Assembly: GCA_964399015.1 (NCBI GenBank)
Contig: CAYNOY010000001.1
Span: 1 to 48,508 of the forward strand
Direction: 5' to 3'
DNA from: Candidatus Woesearchaeota archaeon
Lineage (GTDB): Archaea > Nanobdellota > Nanobdellia > Pacearchaeales > GW2011-AR1
DNA length: 48,508 bases
The translations under genes were made by a program, and so were the position numbers. The notes below the pieces were generated by a model, which worked only from the letters and a program-made list of their open reading frames with translations, ran no database searches and was not told where the DNA came from. Of the stretch, positions 10,234 through 18,761 are shown piece after piece. Numbering within the stretch: position 1 is the stretch's first letter; each line of letters begins with the position of its first letter.

Positions 10234-10241
10234 TTTAAATA
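10234..10241 (+). promoter_or_regulatory. TATA box (TTTAAATA) for the leaderless gene at 10263
   Basis: The box starts 29 nt upstream of the ATG. The same ATAAATGTTTAAATAT motif recurs at 10731-10746. Confidence 0.5.
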
Positions 10242-10262
10242 TTCTGATATCTTAAGAAAATT

Positions 10263-10718
10263 ATGGAGATAATTTTAGAGTTTAGGATTCGAAAGATTTA
10301 TGACGGGCCTGTGGGTATGGGAGTTTTAGATGATGCGCCTTCGGTTACTAATCGGCCTCTTAAGAATCTTTTACATTTATTTAATAAGGAAGTAGGGGTT
10401 GAATTTAATTTACCTAGTTCTGAAAGAGAAATAGGTTATGATGTGGAAAGATTTGGTGAAAAACAATCAAAAACTTCTTTGGTTCCTTTGGATTATCCTA
10501 GCAGGGTGGCAGATACGATAGGATATGTTTTTAGGAATCCGAATTTAGAAATTGTTCTTAAAGATTATTTTAAACCTTCTAGTGAGAGAAGTCTTAATGG
10601 GGGAGATATTCATGCAGAAAAGGGAATTGGGTGTAAATTGAATTTTCAAGGGACTTATAAGGAAGGGCAGGTAGTGGAGAAAGCTAGACATGTATTGGAA
10701 GAGTTTTATGGTTCTTAA
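10263..10718 (+). CDS. Hypothetical protein
   Basis: ORF with an upstream TATA box. No family recognised. Confidence 0.45.
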   Translation: MEIILEFRIRKIYDGPVGMGVLDDAPSVTNRPLKNLLHLFNKEVGVEFNLPSSEREIGYDVERFGEKQSKTSLVPLDYPSRVADTIGYVFRNPNLEIVLKDYFKPSSERSLNGGDIHAEKGIGCKLNFQGTYKEGQVVEKARHVLEEFYGS

Positions 10719-10769
10719 TTGGTTTAGTGTATAAATGTTTAAATATATTGATTGTTTTTTGTAAGTTTA

Positions 10770-11297
10770 ATGGCTGTTGATTTGGAAGATTTTAATGTGT
10801 TGCATCAGTATATGAGTCGATGTGTTGAGCTTGGAAGGCTGGCGCCTAACCATCTTAAGAAACCTTATGTTGGTGCGTTAGTTTTGAGGAAGGATGGGAA
10901 GGTTTTGGGTGAGGGTTATAGGAAATTTATTGATGGGACTAAGATGGTTTGTCATGCAGAAAGGGTTGCTATTGATAAGACTGGATTTTATGATTTAAAG
11001 GGGACTTATTTATTTACAACTCTCGAACCTTGTGTTTGGGTTAATGGAGATGAGCGAGGGAATGGGCGAAAGAGAAAGCAAATTATTGAACCTTGTTCTA
11101 AATTGATTGTTGATGAGGGTATTGAGACAGTAGTATTTAGTGAATTGGATAATTCTTTTACTATGAGTCCTGGGACCGGAGTAAATTATCTTAAGGATCA
11201 TGGAGTGAAGGTTATTCAATATGAGGGATTAAGCAGAGAAATTTTGAGTAAACTTATGACGTATGAATGTAGAATCAATAGGGGTTTGCCTGGTTAG
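10770..11297 (+). CDS. Cytidine/deoxycytidylate deaminase-fold protein (RibD-deaminase-like)
   Basis: Zinc-binding motifs CHAERVAI and TLEPC...PC are present, with an insertion between the Cys residues. The ATG at 10770 sits 32 nt after the TTTAAATA box at 10738. The ORF-track TTG at 10752 is probably not the start. Confidence 0.65.
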   Translation: MAVDLEDFNVLHQYMSRCVELGRLAPNHLKKPYVGALVLRKDGKVLGEGYRKFIDGTKMVCHAERVAIDKTGFYDLKGTYLFTTLEPCVWVNGDERGNGRKRKQIIEPCSKLIVDEGIETVVFSELDNSFTMSPGTGVNYLKDHGVKVIQYEGLSREILSKLMTYECRINRGLPG

Positions 11298-11362
11298 TGT
11301 TTGTGGGGGTTTGTTTTTGAGAGGGAATTTGATTAATAAAAAAACTAAGAGATTATAAAATT

Positions 11363-13072
11363 TTAATAATGTATCTTTAATTCATGCCGATTATAATCTG
11401 CTGAAATTTCTTTTAGGTTTGCGACATCTTTTGCATGACGGTCGGGTCTGAGTTTTATTATTCTTGGGAACCTTAATCCAAAACCTGAATTATAGGTTGG
11501 TGACCTTTGGATATTTTGATAAAGAATTGTTACAACTATTTTTGGTTTTATTTCAACTGACCTTCCTTTTTCTTTTGTGATTAGCGGTTTTAGTTTTTTT
11601 GTTAGTTCTGTGAATGATAGTCCGAGTTCTTCTTTTTCTTTTAGGCCAGATGATTTTCCTATTTCTAAGAATTTGTCTTCGTTTGAATTTAGGCATGAAA
11701 GAGTAAATGTTGCAAATGCTCCTGCTCTTCTTCCTTTTCCGTATTCTGCACCTGTGATAACTAGGTCTAGTTCGTTTTCAGCAGGTTTTAATTTTAACAT
11801 GTGTCCGACTCTTGCACCTGGTTGGTATCTTGAATCTAGGTTTTTTATCATGACTCCTTCTTGATTGTCTTTTAATGCTTCTTGGTAAAAGATTTCGGCT
11901 TTTTTTGCATCGCTTGTTATTAATTGGTGGGCAGTTCTTATTTTGTATTTGTAGGGATGGACTAAATCTCTTAATATTTTTGTACGTTCTTTGAATGGTG
12001 TGTTGACTAATTCTTTTCCATTTAAGTAGAGAATATCAAATGCATTTATTTCTACTGGAAGTTTTTTTACTAACATTTCGATGTTGTGTTTTCTTCGGAT
12101 TCTTTGAGAGACTGCTTCAAATGGTTTGTATTTTTTTGTTTTGGGATCAAAGCCAATTGCTTCTGAGTCGATTATGAAAGATTTTGCTTTGATGTGTTCT
12201 TTAATATATTTTATAACTTCTGGGAATTGTTTTGTTACTTCATCAAGTCTTCTTGTGAATATTTTTACAGTTCCTTTTTCGTCTTTGTTAATCATCATTC
12301 TGAATCCGTCATATTTGTATTCAAATATTGCCGGTTTTCCGACACGTTTGAAACCATCTTCGATTGATTCTGCTTTTAGTGCGAGCATTGCTTTTAGTGG
12401 ATTTCCTGGAGTGATTTTTGTTTTTTGAAGTTCGCCTACACCCTTGCAAGCTTTTTCAATAACTGTTGCAAAATCTGCTATTTTGTCATAAGAATCTTGA
12501 ACAGCTTCGGTATTTTCTTTTGTTTTTTCTTTGAAACAGGTTTCGACAATTGAATCTCGGATTGTTCCTGAAGCTACTCCAATTCTTAATTGTCCTAATA
12601 ATGTTCTGATGATATATTTTGCTTCGATTCCCTCTGCAGATGTTAGGAGTTCTGAGATTAGTGAAAGTTTTTTGTCAACGGTTCCTTTTCCAATAAGCTC
12701 TGGAAGTTTTTTTAAATTTAATAATACTTTTTCAGTTGTTAATTTTTTTGTGAAAAGAGTTCCTTGTTTTTTCTTGTTCATTACTTCTTCAGCTACTTGA
12801 CCTAGGTCTCCTATTTTTCTCCATTTGTTTACGATTTCTTTGTTGGGTATTCCTGAAGCTTTTGTTAATGCTTTGATACATAATTGTTCTGAGATGCCGA
12901 ATTCTTTTTCAGAGTAATCTGGATAAACTTTTCCTTGTAGAAGATAGACGATTTCTTTGTCTTTTGATTTTATTATTTCTTTTAGAAGAATTGATAATAT
13001 TTGAGATTTTTTAAGTCTTGATGGGGTTTGCTCTAAATCTTCGTAGACTTCGCAGAGTTTTTTGTATTCCAT
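11363..13072 (-). CDS. lig: ATP-dependent DNA ligase
   Basis: Adenylation motif EYKYDGFR (KxDGxR). The 569 aa length and overall archaeal ligase layout fit. Confidence 0.93.
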   Translation of the reverse strand: MEYKKLCEVYEDLEQTPSRLKKSQILSILLKEIIKSKDKEIVYLLQGKVYPDYSEKEFGISEQLCIKALTKASGIPNKEIVNKWRKIGDLGQVAEEVMNKKKQGTLFTKKLTTEKVLLNLKKLPELIGKGTVDKKLSLISELLTSAEGIEAKYIIRTLLGQLRIGVASGTIRDSIVETCFKEKTKENTEAVQDSYDKIADFATVIEKACKGVGELQKTKITPGNPLKAMLALKAESIEDGFKRVGKPAIFEYKYDGFRMMINKDEKGTVKIFTRRLDEVTKQFPEVIKYIKEHIKAKSFIIDSEAIGFDPKTKKYKPFEAVSQRIRRKHNIEMLVKKLPVEINAFDILYLNGKELVNTPFKERTKILRDLVHPYKYKIRTAHQLITSDAKKAEIFYQEALKDNQEGVMIKNLDSRYQPGARVGHMLKLKPAENELDLVITGAEYGKGRRAGAFATFTLSCLNSNEDKFLEIGKSSGLKEKEELGLSFTELTKKLKPLITKEKGRSVEIKPKIVVTILYQNIQRSPTYNSGFGLRFPRIIKLRPDRHAKDVANLKEISADYNRHELKIHY

Positions 13073-13134
13073 GGGTGCCTCTTTTATGAGTTGTTAAGGT
13101 GGTTTGGGTATATAAATTATTTCCTCTTGAAGTT

Positions 13135-13268
13135 ATTTTCCTCCACCGCAGAAAGCCGGCTTAGAGAATCTTTGATTTTCTAATTCTTCAACTCTCTTTT
13201 GGAGAGTTGAACACTGTCGCCTTTCCCTTTCTGCACCTTGCGAATTGATATGTTGTTAAGAATTTAAT
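13135..13268 (+). repeat. Family-1 structured intergenic element, copy 2 (interrupted by a twin-hairpin module)
   Basis: Outer stem GCAGAAAG pairs with CTTTCTGC. Inner stem GGC pairs with GCC, and its loop carries the 53-nt module. The tail is ATGTTGTTAAGAATTTAAT. Confidence 0.8.
13160..13212 (+). mobile_element. Twin-hairpin insertion module, copy i
   Basis: Sequence CTTAGAGAATC-TTT-GATTTTCTAA TTC TTCAACTCTC-TTTT-GGAGAGTTGAA. The other eight family-1 copies lack it at this position. Confidence 0.6.
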
Positions 13269-13374
13269 TGAGAGTTAGTAGTTTTGGTTTTGTTAGAAGA
13301 TTTATTCGTGGAGGGAATAGTTTTTTATTTTGGAGCATCTAAATATTTATAATCTTTGTAGATTTTTTGTATGA

Positions 13375-13803
13375 ATGGATTTGCCCATATTAGAGAGTTT
13401 AGTTAATGAAGGGTTTGAAGTTTTGAGTAGTGTTTATTATAATTTTTCGGAGGAACCTAATTTTGAAGTTCCTAAAATTGTTGAAAGGAATATTTATTCG
13501 GGGATTTCGGGGATTTTTGGAGGGATAACTACTGGGATGATTCTTAAAAAATTTAAAAAAGAAATTACTCTGAAATCTAGGTTGGTTTATGCAGGGGCAT
13601 TTACTCTTGGTATGAATGCGATATATTCCTTGCACCCTTCTTCAGAAATTGATTTTTTTGATGGAGGAAGTCTGGGATTATTTTTTGGTGCTTATGTTGG
13701 ATTGAAATTAGGTGAAACAATTGATCGTGGGATTAATAATTTGCATGATCGGGTGATGGATGGATTAAGAAAAAAATATGGGATTGATGAAGAAAATAAA
13801 TAA
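13375..13803 (+). CDS. Hypothetical membrane protein
   Basis: ORF with Gly-rich hydrophobic segments. Confidence 0.4.
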   Translation: MDLPILESLVNEGFEVLSSVYYNFSEEPNFEVPKIVERNIYSGISGIFGGITTGMILKKFKKEITLKSRLVYAGAFTLGMNAIYSLHPSSEIDFFDGGSLGLFFGAYVGLKLGETIDRGINNLHDRVMDGLRKKYGIDEENK

Positions 13804-13808
13804 TAAAA

Positions 13809-14381
13809 CTACTTTCCTCTTCTCATTCCAGCTCTTACACTAGGTCTGTTCTTGTTCATTGGGCTCTTGTCTCTCAGTCCTCTTGATTTCAAACCTGCAG
13901 AAGTTAAACCTCTGTGAGATCTGTCTCTGTGAGATTTTTTAGAAATCCAGCCCATTGTTTTATCGTTTTTAATTTCAGGCCTTTGAGGGTCTACTAAAAT
14001 TACTTCGAAAAAATAATGTTTACCGTCTTTAGCTAGGTTGTAGCTGTTGAGAACTTCAAGGTTAGGGAACTTTTTACTTGCTCTGTTTTCTGCTATCCAT
14101 TGGTAGCTCATCTTTACTGTTTTTTTGATTGTATGTCTTTTTGTTTTTCTACCTTTGTTTGTTCTTGCTCTTTGTCGTCCTCCCCTTAGGACTCGAACTC
14201 TTGCTACAACAAAACCTTTTTTTGCTTTGTAACCTAGACTACGTGCTTTGTCTAAACGAGTTGGTTTATCAAGTACTGTAATAACTTCTTCTTTTCTCCA
14301 GCCGATCATTAGCTCTCTAAGTCTAGCTACGTCTGGTTTCTTCCAAAATTCTCTTAATGCGTGATATAATCCTTTTGCCAT
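13809..14381 (-). CDS. rpl15e: 50S ribosomal protein L15e
   Basis: MAKGLYHALREFWKKP...RVRVLRGGRQRARTNKGRKTKR is characteristic of L15e. Confidence 0.9.
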   Translation of the reverse strand: MAKGLYHALREFWKKPDVARLRELMIGWRKEEVITVLDKPTRLDKARSLGYKAKKGFVVARVRVLRGGRQRARTNKGRKTKRHTIKKTVKMSYQWIAENRASKKFPNLEVLNSYNLAKDGKHYFFEVILVDPQRPEIKNDKTMGWISKKSHRDRSHRGLTSAGLKSRGLRDKSPMNKNRPSVRAGMRRGK

Positions 14382-14472
14382 ATTTTATTGTACTAAAGTT
14401 CGTTTAAAAACCTAACGATTGGTGATTTTTGCGATTAATTTAGGTCAATCGATATTCCCTTGGAATATTATA

Positions 14473-14547
14473 TGAGCCTGCCAAGATTTGAACTTGGGAC
14501 CCCTACCTTATCAGAGTAGTGCTCTGACCTGGCTGAGCTACAGGCTC
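14473..14547 (-). tRNA. tRNA-Ile (anticodon GAU)
   Basis: On the minus strand the acceptor arms are GAGCCTG and CAGGCTC. The D arm is GCTCAGCCAGGTCAGAGC. The anticodon loop is CTGATAA. The T arm is CCAAGTTCAAATCTTGG. Confidence 0.9.
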
Positions 14548-14592
14548 GTATAAAAATTACTATCTAAATGAATTTATAAGTCTTTTGTAAGG

Positions 14593-15279
14593 TTATTTTC
14601 CTTCTAATTCTATGACTAGATTCCCGTCAACAAGGTCGTATGCTTTTACAGGTAAATTCATGTTAAGTGTTTTAGAATAAACTTTGTCTTTCCCGATGGC
14701 TTTTATTTCAATGCAACTTTCTAATTGATTGATGAAAATATCTTCGATGTTTTTGACTCCTGGAACTTGGAGGTTGTACATTACTTTTCCAGATAATCTT
14801 CTGACTTGGGATTTAGGTTCGACTTTTGGAAGTTTAGCTAACAATTTCATTTTTTCTTTTGATAGTTCTTTTTGAGGAGCTTGTGGTTTTTGAGTTGGAT
14901 TAATTTCAGGGTTATTTGTTGGATTGACTGGTTTGCCGTTAACAAGGAATTGAACGTTCATGCCTCTGCGAGGTTGTTCTTGGGGGTTTCTATTTTGATT
15001 TACAGAATTTTCCATTTGTTTTTCAATCATTTTGATCATTGAGGGTAATTCTTTCATTGCGCCTTTTAGTATTTTTCCTATTGGAAGTCCGCCCATTAAT
15101 CCTCCTAAGTTTATGTTTTCTAAAAAGTCTGGTTCTTTTGGTTTGATAGCGTCATTTTTTCCTAATAGGCCGTAATCTTTTTCATCAAACTGGGATTTTA
15201 AATTAGCTCCGCAATTAGGACAGAAGTCATAATTTTTTTTGAGGGGGTTGTTACACTTAGAACATTTTTGATTAAACAT
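14593..15279 (-). CDS. Zinc-ribbon protein with C-terminal beta-rich (HSP20-like?) domain
   Basis: The N-terminus has CSKCNNPLKKNYDFCPNCG. The C-terminal assignment is tentative. Confidence 0.45.
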   Translation of the reverse strand: MFNQKCSKCNNPLKKNYDFCPNCGANLKSQFDEKDYGLLGKNDAIKPKEPDFLENINLGGLMGGLPIGKILKGAMKELPSMIKMIEKQMENSVNQNRNPQEQPRRGMNVQFLVNGKPVNPTNNPEINPTQKPQAPQKELSKEKMKLLAKLPKVEPKSQVRRLSGKVMYNLQVPGVKNIEDIFINQLESCIEIKAIGKDKVYSKTLNMNLPVKAYDLVDGNLVIELEGK

Positions 15280-15310
15280 GGTTCTATTATTAAATCTGGT
15301 TCCTTTAAAT

Positions 15311-15376
15311 ATGTTCGTATGGAACCTACGGTTTCCTTACAAGTCACCCTCCCTCTAGTAGCTTCCTTCGGAGAAG
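15311..15376 (-). repeat. Family-3 leader element, proximal tandem copy
   Basis: Minus-strand sequence: CTTCTCCGAAGGAAG hairpin, then GCTACTAGAGGGAGGGTGACTTGTAAGG, then the GAAACC-GTA-GGTTCC hairpin. The element ends about 30 nt before the ATG at 15279. Confidence 0.7.
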
Positions 15377-15390
15377 TATCTTTTGATTGA

Positions 15391-15458
15391 ATGTTCGTAT
15401 GGAACCTACGGTTCCCTTACAAGTCACCCTCCATTTAGTAGCTTCCTTCGGAAGTTTA
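15391..15458 (-). repeat. Family-3 leader element, distal tandem copy
   Basis: Offset by 80 nt from the proximal copy. It carries the CTTCCGAAGGAAG and GGAACC-GTA-GGTTCC hairpins. Confidence 0.7.
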
Positions 15459-15636
15459 CTATATGCTGGATGATAGAAACCTTTTTAATAATAAATTGCT
15501 TAGATATGTTATAAAGATGGGTGTCATTACATTTATGTGATTAGGCCAGGCGCCCGTTTTTGTGTTTACAAAGAGAAATTGAATAAATTTCCCTAGTATC
15601 ACTAAACTAAAAGTTTAGTAATAAAAAAAAGAGAAG

Positions 15637-16293
15637 ATGGATCAAGAAGAATTATTGAAAAAGTATGGTATAGACTTGGAAGTGCTAGAGAAGGAGCAGA
15701 TGAAATTGGCTAAGAATTTGAAGTTGAAGGATAAAATTGATTTTTCTCTTGTTGAAACTTATGGGGCGATTGATAATATTTTTATTGGGAATAAAATGCT
15801 TTCTTGTGTGATTGTTTGTGATAAGAATTTTGAGATTTTGGATAGAGCTTATGTTTTGGATAAGGTGAAGTTTCCTTATTTGGCGGGATTTAGGAATTAT
15901 CGGGAGCTTGAGTCAATGATTAAAGCTTTTGAGAAATTGAATGAGAAGCCAGATGTTTTGTTTATTCAGGGTCATGGGATTTCACATCCGCGTTTGGGGC
16001 TTGCGAGTCATTTTTCTCTTTCGACAGGAGTTCCAACAATTGGTGTTAGTAATTCTTTGGCTGATGCAGAAGTGAAGAAAGATGATGTTTTGATAGGTGA
16101 TAAAAAGGTTGGGAAAGTGTTAATAAGTAAAGAAGGGAGTAACCCAATGTATATAAGTCCTGGAAACTTAATAACTATAGATAATTCGTATAAATTTGCT
16201 AAGGATTTGATTCGTTTGCCCCATAAAAGGCCTGAACCGATTCATTTAGCGTCGAAGTATGCGAAAAAAGTAAAAAAAGAATTAGCTCTCTGA
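15637..16293 (+). CDS. nfi: Endonuclease V
   Basis: PDVLFIQGHGISHPRLGLASHFSLSTGVPTIGVSNS matches the EndoV core. Confidence 0.85.
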   Translation: MDQEELLKKYGIDLEVLEKEQMKLAKNLKLKDKIDFSLVETYGAIDNIFIGNKMLSCVIVCDKNFEILDRAYVLDKVKFPYLAGFRNYRELESMIKAFEKLNEKPDVLFIQGHGISHPRLGLASHFSLSTGVPTIGVSNSLADAEVKKDDVLIGDKKVGKVLISKEGSNPMYISPGNLITIDNSYKFAKDLIRLPHKRPEPIHLASKYAKKVKKELAL

Positions 16294-16325
16294 GTTAAAA
16301 TTTAAATCAAAAAAAGGAGGTAAAA

Positions 16326-16490
16326 ATGCAACAAACACCAGCACAAACAGCTCAACCTGCGGCAGGTGGAAAGGCGGCGGGAAAGCCAGTAGTCGGAGGA
16401 GAATCGTCGAATAAGGGATGGTTAAAATGGGTTATTATAGCAGTAGTAGTTATCGTAGTAGCTGTAGGGCTATACTATTGGTTAATGTAA
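16326..16490 (+). CDS. Small tail-anchored membrane protein (54 aa)
   Basis: Hand-translated: MQQTPAQTAQPAAGGKAAGKPVVGGESSNKGWLKWVIIAVVVIVVAVGLYYWLM. A strong Shine-Dalgarno sequence, AAGGAGGT, ends 5 nt upstream of the ATG. Confidence 0.5.
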   Translation: MQQTPAQTAQPAAGGKAAGKPVVGGESSNKGWLKWVIIAVVVIVVAVGLYYWLM

Positions 16491-16593
16491 TTTAACTTTT
16501 TATTTTTTTTATTTTTATGTGTTTATTTTTTTGATGGTGGGTGGTGAAAGGTTTTGGAGGGGGGGAGGGTGGTGAAGGGTTTTTTGGAGATAT

Positions 16594-16733
16594 AGTTTGT
16601 TTGGAACAAACGAAAGTTTATTTTATGTCAGATTGGGAAGACGGAGTCTAACCCAATCTTCTAGTTTCTCAGAGAATTAAAAATTCTCTGATCCTTCAAG
16701 AGGTAGTGCTCTTGAAGTTATTGATAGTTTGTG
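16594..16733 (+). repeat. Family-2 two-hairpin element, copy A (interrupted by a twin-hairpin module)
   Basis: Hairpin 1 is GTTTGTT:AACAAAC. It is followed by AAAGTTTATTTTATGTCA. Hairpin 2 is GATTGGG..CCCAATC. The element ends TTCTAGTTT[module]TATTGATAGTTTGTG. Confidence 0.75.
16669..16717 (+). mobile_element. Twin-hairpin insertion module, copy ii
   Basis: Sequence TCAGAGAATT-AAAA-AATTCTCTGA TC CTTCAAGAG-GTAGTG-CTCTTGAAG. It is absent from the equivalent site in family-2 copies B and C. Confidence 0.6.
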
Positions 16734-16769
16734 AATTTTTGGGATTATGAAATAAGTTTGGAAATAATA

Positions 16770-16855
16770 TGCACCATGCGGCTTAGAGAATCAAAGATTC
16801 TCTAATCCTTCAACTCTTTTTTTGAGAGTTGAAGTTAATTGAACCCGCGTCTAAA
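16770..16855 (-). pseudogene. Duplicated tRNA-Gly 3' portion with its T-loop interrupted by a twin-hairpin module
   Basis: Minus-strand sequence TTTAGACGCGGGTTCAATTAA[module]GCCGCATGGTGCA. It repeats the last ~33 nt of the adjacent tRNA-Gly. No 5' half is present. Confidence 0.6.
16782..16834 (+). mobile_element. Twin-hairpin insertion module, copy iii
   Basis: Sequence CTTAGAGAATC-AAA-GATTCTCTAA TC CTTCAACTC-TTTTTTT-GAGAGTTGAAG. By eye it is about 80% identical to copy i. Confidence 0.6.
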
Positions 16856-16863
16856 TTATTTCA

Positions 16864-16934
16864 TGCACCATGCGGGAATCGAACCCGCGTCTAAACCTTG
16901 GGAAGGTTTTATTCTACCACTATACCAATGGTGC
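16864..16934 (-). tRNA. tRNA-Gly (anticodon CCC)
   Basis: On the minus strand the acceptor arms are GCACCAT and ATGGTGC. The anticodon stem-loop is AAACC-TTCCCAA-GGTTT. The T arm is GCGGGTTCGATTCCCGC. The discriminator base is A. Confidence 0.85.
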
Positions 16935-17016
16935 TTGAGAGTGATAAGGGTTTTAAGTTTATTAAATTAATTATCTTTTCCAATAACTTTATTAATTCTT
17001 TTTTTGTTGATGGAGT

Positions 17017-18462
17017 ATGGCTAATAAGAAAAAGTTTTATGTTACGACTCCGATATATTATGTTAATTCGGAACCTCATGTTGGGTCTGCTTATACGACT
17101 ATAGCTGCAGATATTTTTGCGAGATGGCATAGGCTTTTGGAAGAGGATGTTTATTTTTTGACTGGGACAGATGAGCATGGTCAGAAGATTCAAGAGTCTG
17201 CTGAAAAGAAGGGGGTTAGTCCTAAGAAGTTTGTTGATGAGATTTCTGGGAAGTTTAAGAAAGTTTTTGAGGATTTGAATATTTCTAATGATGATTTTAT
17301 TAGGACGACTGATAAGGATCATGAGAAGGCTGTTCAGGATATTTTGCAGAAGCTTTATGATAAGAAGTTGATTTACAAGGGCGAGTATGAGTCTTATTAT
17401 TGTGTTGGTTGTGAGCAGTATTTGAATAAGGGGGATTTGGTTGATGGAAAGTGTGTTTTGCATAAGACAGAGCCTGAGAAGGTTAAGGAAGAGTCTTATA
17501 TGTTTAAGCTATCGAGTTTTGAGGATAAGCTTTTGAAGTTGATTAAGAGTGGAAAGTATGAGATACTTCCCTTGAAAAAAAGGAACGAGGTTGTTTCTTT
17601 TATCGAGAGTGGTTTGAATGATATTTCTATTTCAAGGAAAAAGTCTAAGGTTAGTTGGGGAATTGAGTTGCCTTTTGATAAGGTGCATACTTGTTATGTT
17701 TGGGTTGATGCTTTTTGGAATTATTTGAGTGGATTGAGAACTCCTGCGAATCATAAAAAGTTTTGGTCGCCTGATTTGCAGTTGATGGCGAATGATATTT
17801 TGAGAGTTCATGCTACGATTTGGCCGGCGTTACTTTTGGGATTGAATATTGATTTGCCGAAGACTTTGTTTATTCATGGATATTTTACAGTTAATGGGCA
17901 GAAGATGAGTAAGTCTTTGGGTAATGTTGTTTCTCCGGAATATCTTATTGATAAATATGGTGCAGATTCTTTGAGGTATTTTATAATTAGAAATATTCCA
18001 TTTGGAGATGATGGGGATTTTTCAGAAGAGACTTTGAAGGATAGGCATAACAATGAGTTGGCGAATAAGTTGGGGAATTTGGTTAGTAGGATTTGTGGAT
18101 TGGTTGAGAGAAACGGAGTTGAGAAGTGCGATAAGTTGTTGAAGAAATTGCATTTGAAAAAGATTACTGGATTGATTGATAATTATGAATTGGATAAGGC
18201 GTTGAATGAGATTTTTGCTTTTATTGATGTTTGTAATGAATATGTTCAGAATAAGAAACCCTGGGAGACTAAAGATGGGAAGGTTTTGTATGAGGTGGTT
18301 GATTCGATTAAAGCTATTGCAATTTTGCTTTGGGCGTTTATGCCGGAGACTTGTGAGAAGATTGCGAAGCAGATGAAGTTTAAGTTAGAGTTGGATGAGA
18401 TTGATAAGCCGATAAAAGTAAAATCTATAAAGAAGGGTGAGATTTTATTTGAGAAGGTTTGA
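17017..18462 (+). CDS. metG: Methionyl-tRNA synthetase (short form, no C-terminal tRNA-binding domain)
   Basis: The HIGH-type motif is EPHVGSAY and the KMSKS motif is QKMSKSLGN. A zinc knuckle CVGCEQY..CVLH is present. The protein is 481 aa. Confidence 0.93.
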   Translation: MANKKKFYVTTPIYYVNSEPHVGSAYTTIAADIFARWHRLLEEDVYFLTGTDEHGQKIQESAEKKGVSPKKFVDEISGKFKKVFEDLNISNDDFIRTTDKDHEKAVQDILQKLYDKKLIYKGEYESYYCVGCEQYLNKGDLVDGKCVLHKTEPEKVKEESYMFKLSSFEDKLLKLIKSGKYEILPLKKRNEVVSFIESGLNDISISRKKSKVSWGIELPFDKVHTCYVWVDAFWNYLSGLRTPANHKKFWSPDLQLMANDILRVHATIWPALLLGLNIDLPKTLFIHGYFTVNGQKMSKSLGNVVSPEYLIDKYGADSLRYFIIRNIPFGDDGDFSEETLKDRHNNELANKLGNLVSRICGLVERNGVEKCDKLLKKLHLKKITGLIDNYELDKALNEIFAFIDVCNEYVQNKKPWETKDGKVLYEVVDSIKAIAILLWAFMPETCEKIAKQMKFKLELDEIDKPIKVKSIKKGEILFEKV

Positions 18463-18466
18463 GGTT

Positions 18467-18545
18467 ATTTCCGTCCCGCAGAAAGCCGGTTGTCACCTTT
18501 CCCCTTTCTGCTCCTTGCATATTATTATGCTGTCAAGAATTTAAT
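18467..18545 (+). repeat. Family-1 structured intergenic element, copy 3
   Basis: Outer stem GCAGAAAG:CTTTCTGC and inner stem GGT-TGTC-ACC. The tail is ATGCTGTCAAGAATTTAAT. It begins 5 nt after the metG stop codon. Confidence 0.8.
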
Positions 18546-18587
18546 TGAGGGGTTTGATTGGTTCATTTTGTTTTGAGAGATTATTGT

Positions 18588-18761
18588 TTAAACTAAATCT
18601 TTTGCATGGAAGATCCTTTCTGGGCCTTCTAAAATATTTCTTCCTAAAACTTCATTGCAAGTTTCTAAATCTTTTAACCACCAAAGTTTTTTTCTTAGAT
18701 TTTCCATGTGTTCATGATAATCTTCAACCTTTAATCTTCGGTTAATTGTTTCTACTATATG
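18588..18761 (-). other. In-frame open reading continuation after the TAG stop of the ParB-like ORF
   Basis: 57 sense codons in the same frame (HIVETINRRLKVEDYHEHMENLRKKLWWLKDLETCNEVLGRNILEGPERIFHAKDLV). An internal ATG lies at 18707. Confidence 0.4.

Noticed and set aside
15311-15458. The tandem 80-nt-period repeats here, and the 120-nt-period repeats at 48314-48508, as CRISPR arrays
   Set aside because: Only two units are visible at each site. The units (66-75 nt) are much longer than CRISPR repeats. No cas genes are in the window. The units belong to dispersed repeat families.
16770-16934. Integrated element using tRNA-Gly as its attachment site, inferred from the duplicated tRNA 3' end
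   Set aside because: Only 8 nt separate the two repeats, so no integrated element lies between them. No integrase gene is nearby.
16909-17463. Long antisense or overlapping ORFs in the track. On the minus strand: 16909..17463, 20924..21817, 33379..33858, 34369..34833, 27439..27771 and 36710..36946. On the plus strand: 6456..7164, 8100..8390, 11577..12800 and others.
   Set aside because: They lie opposite or inside genes with clear motif support. Their translations are low-complexity (L/I/N/R/S-rich), as expected from the reverse frames of AT-rich coding DNA.
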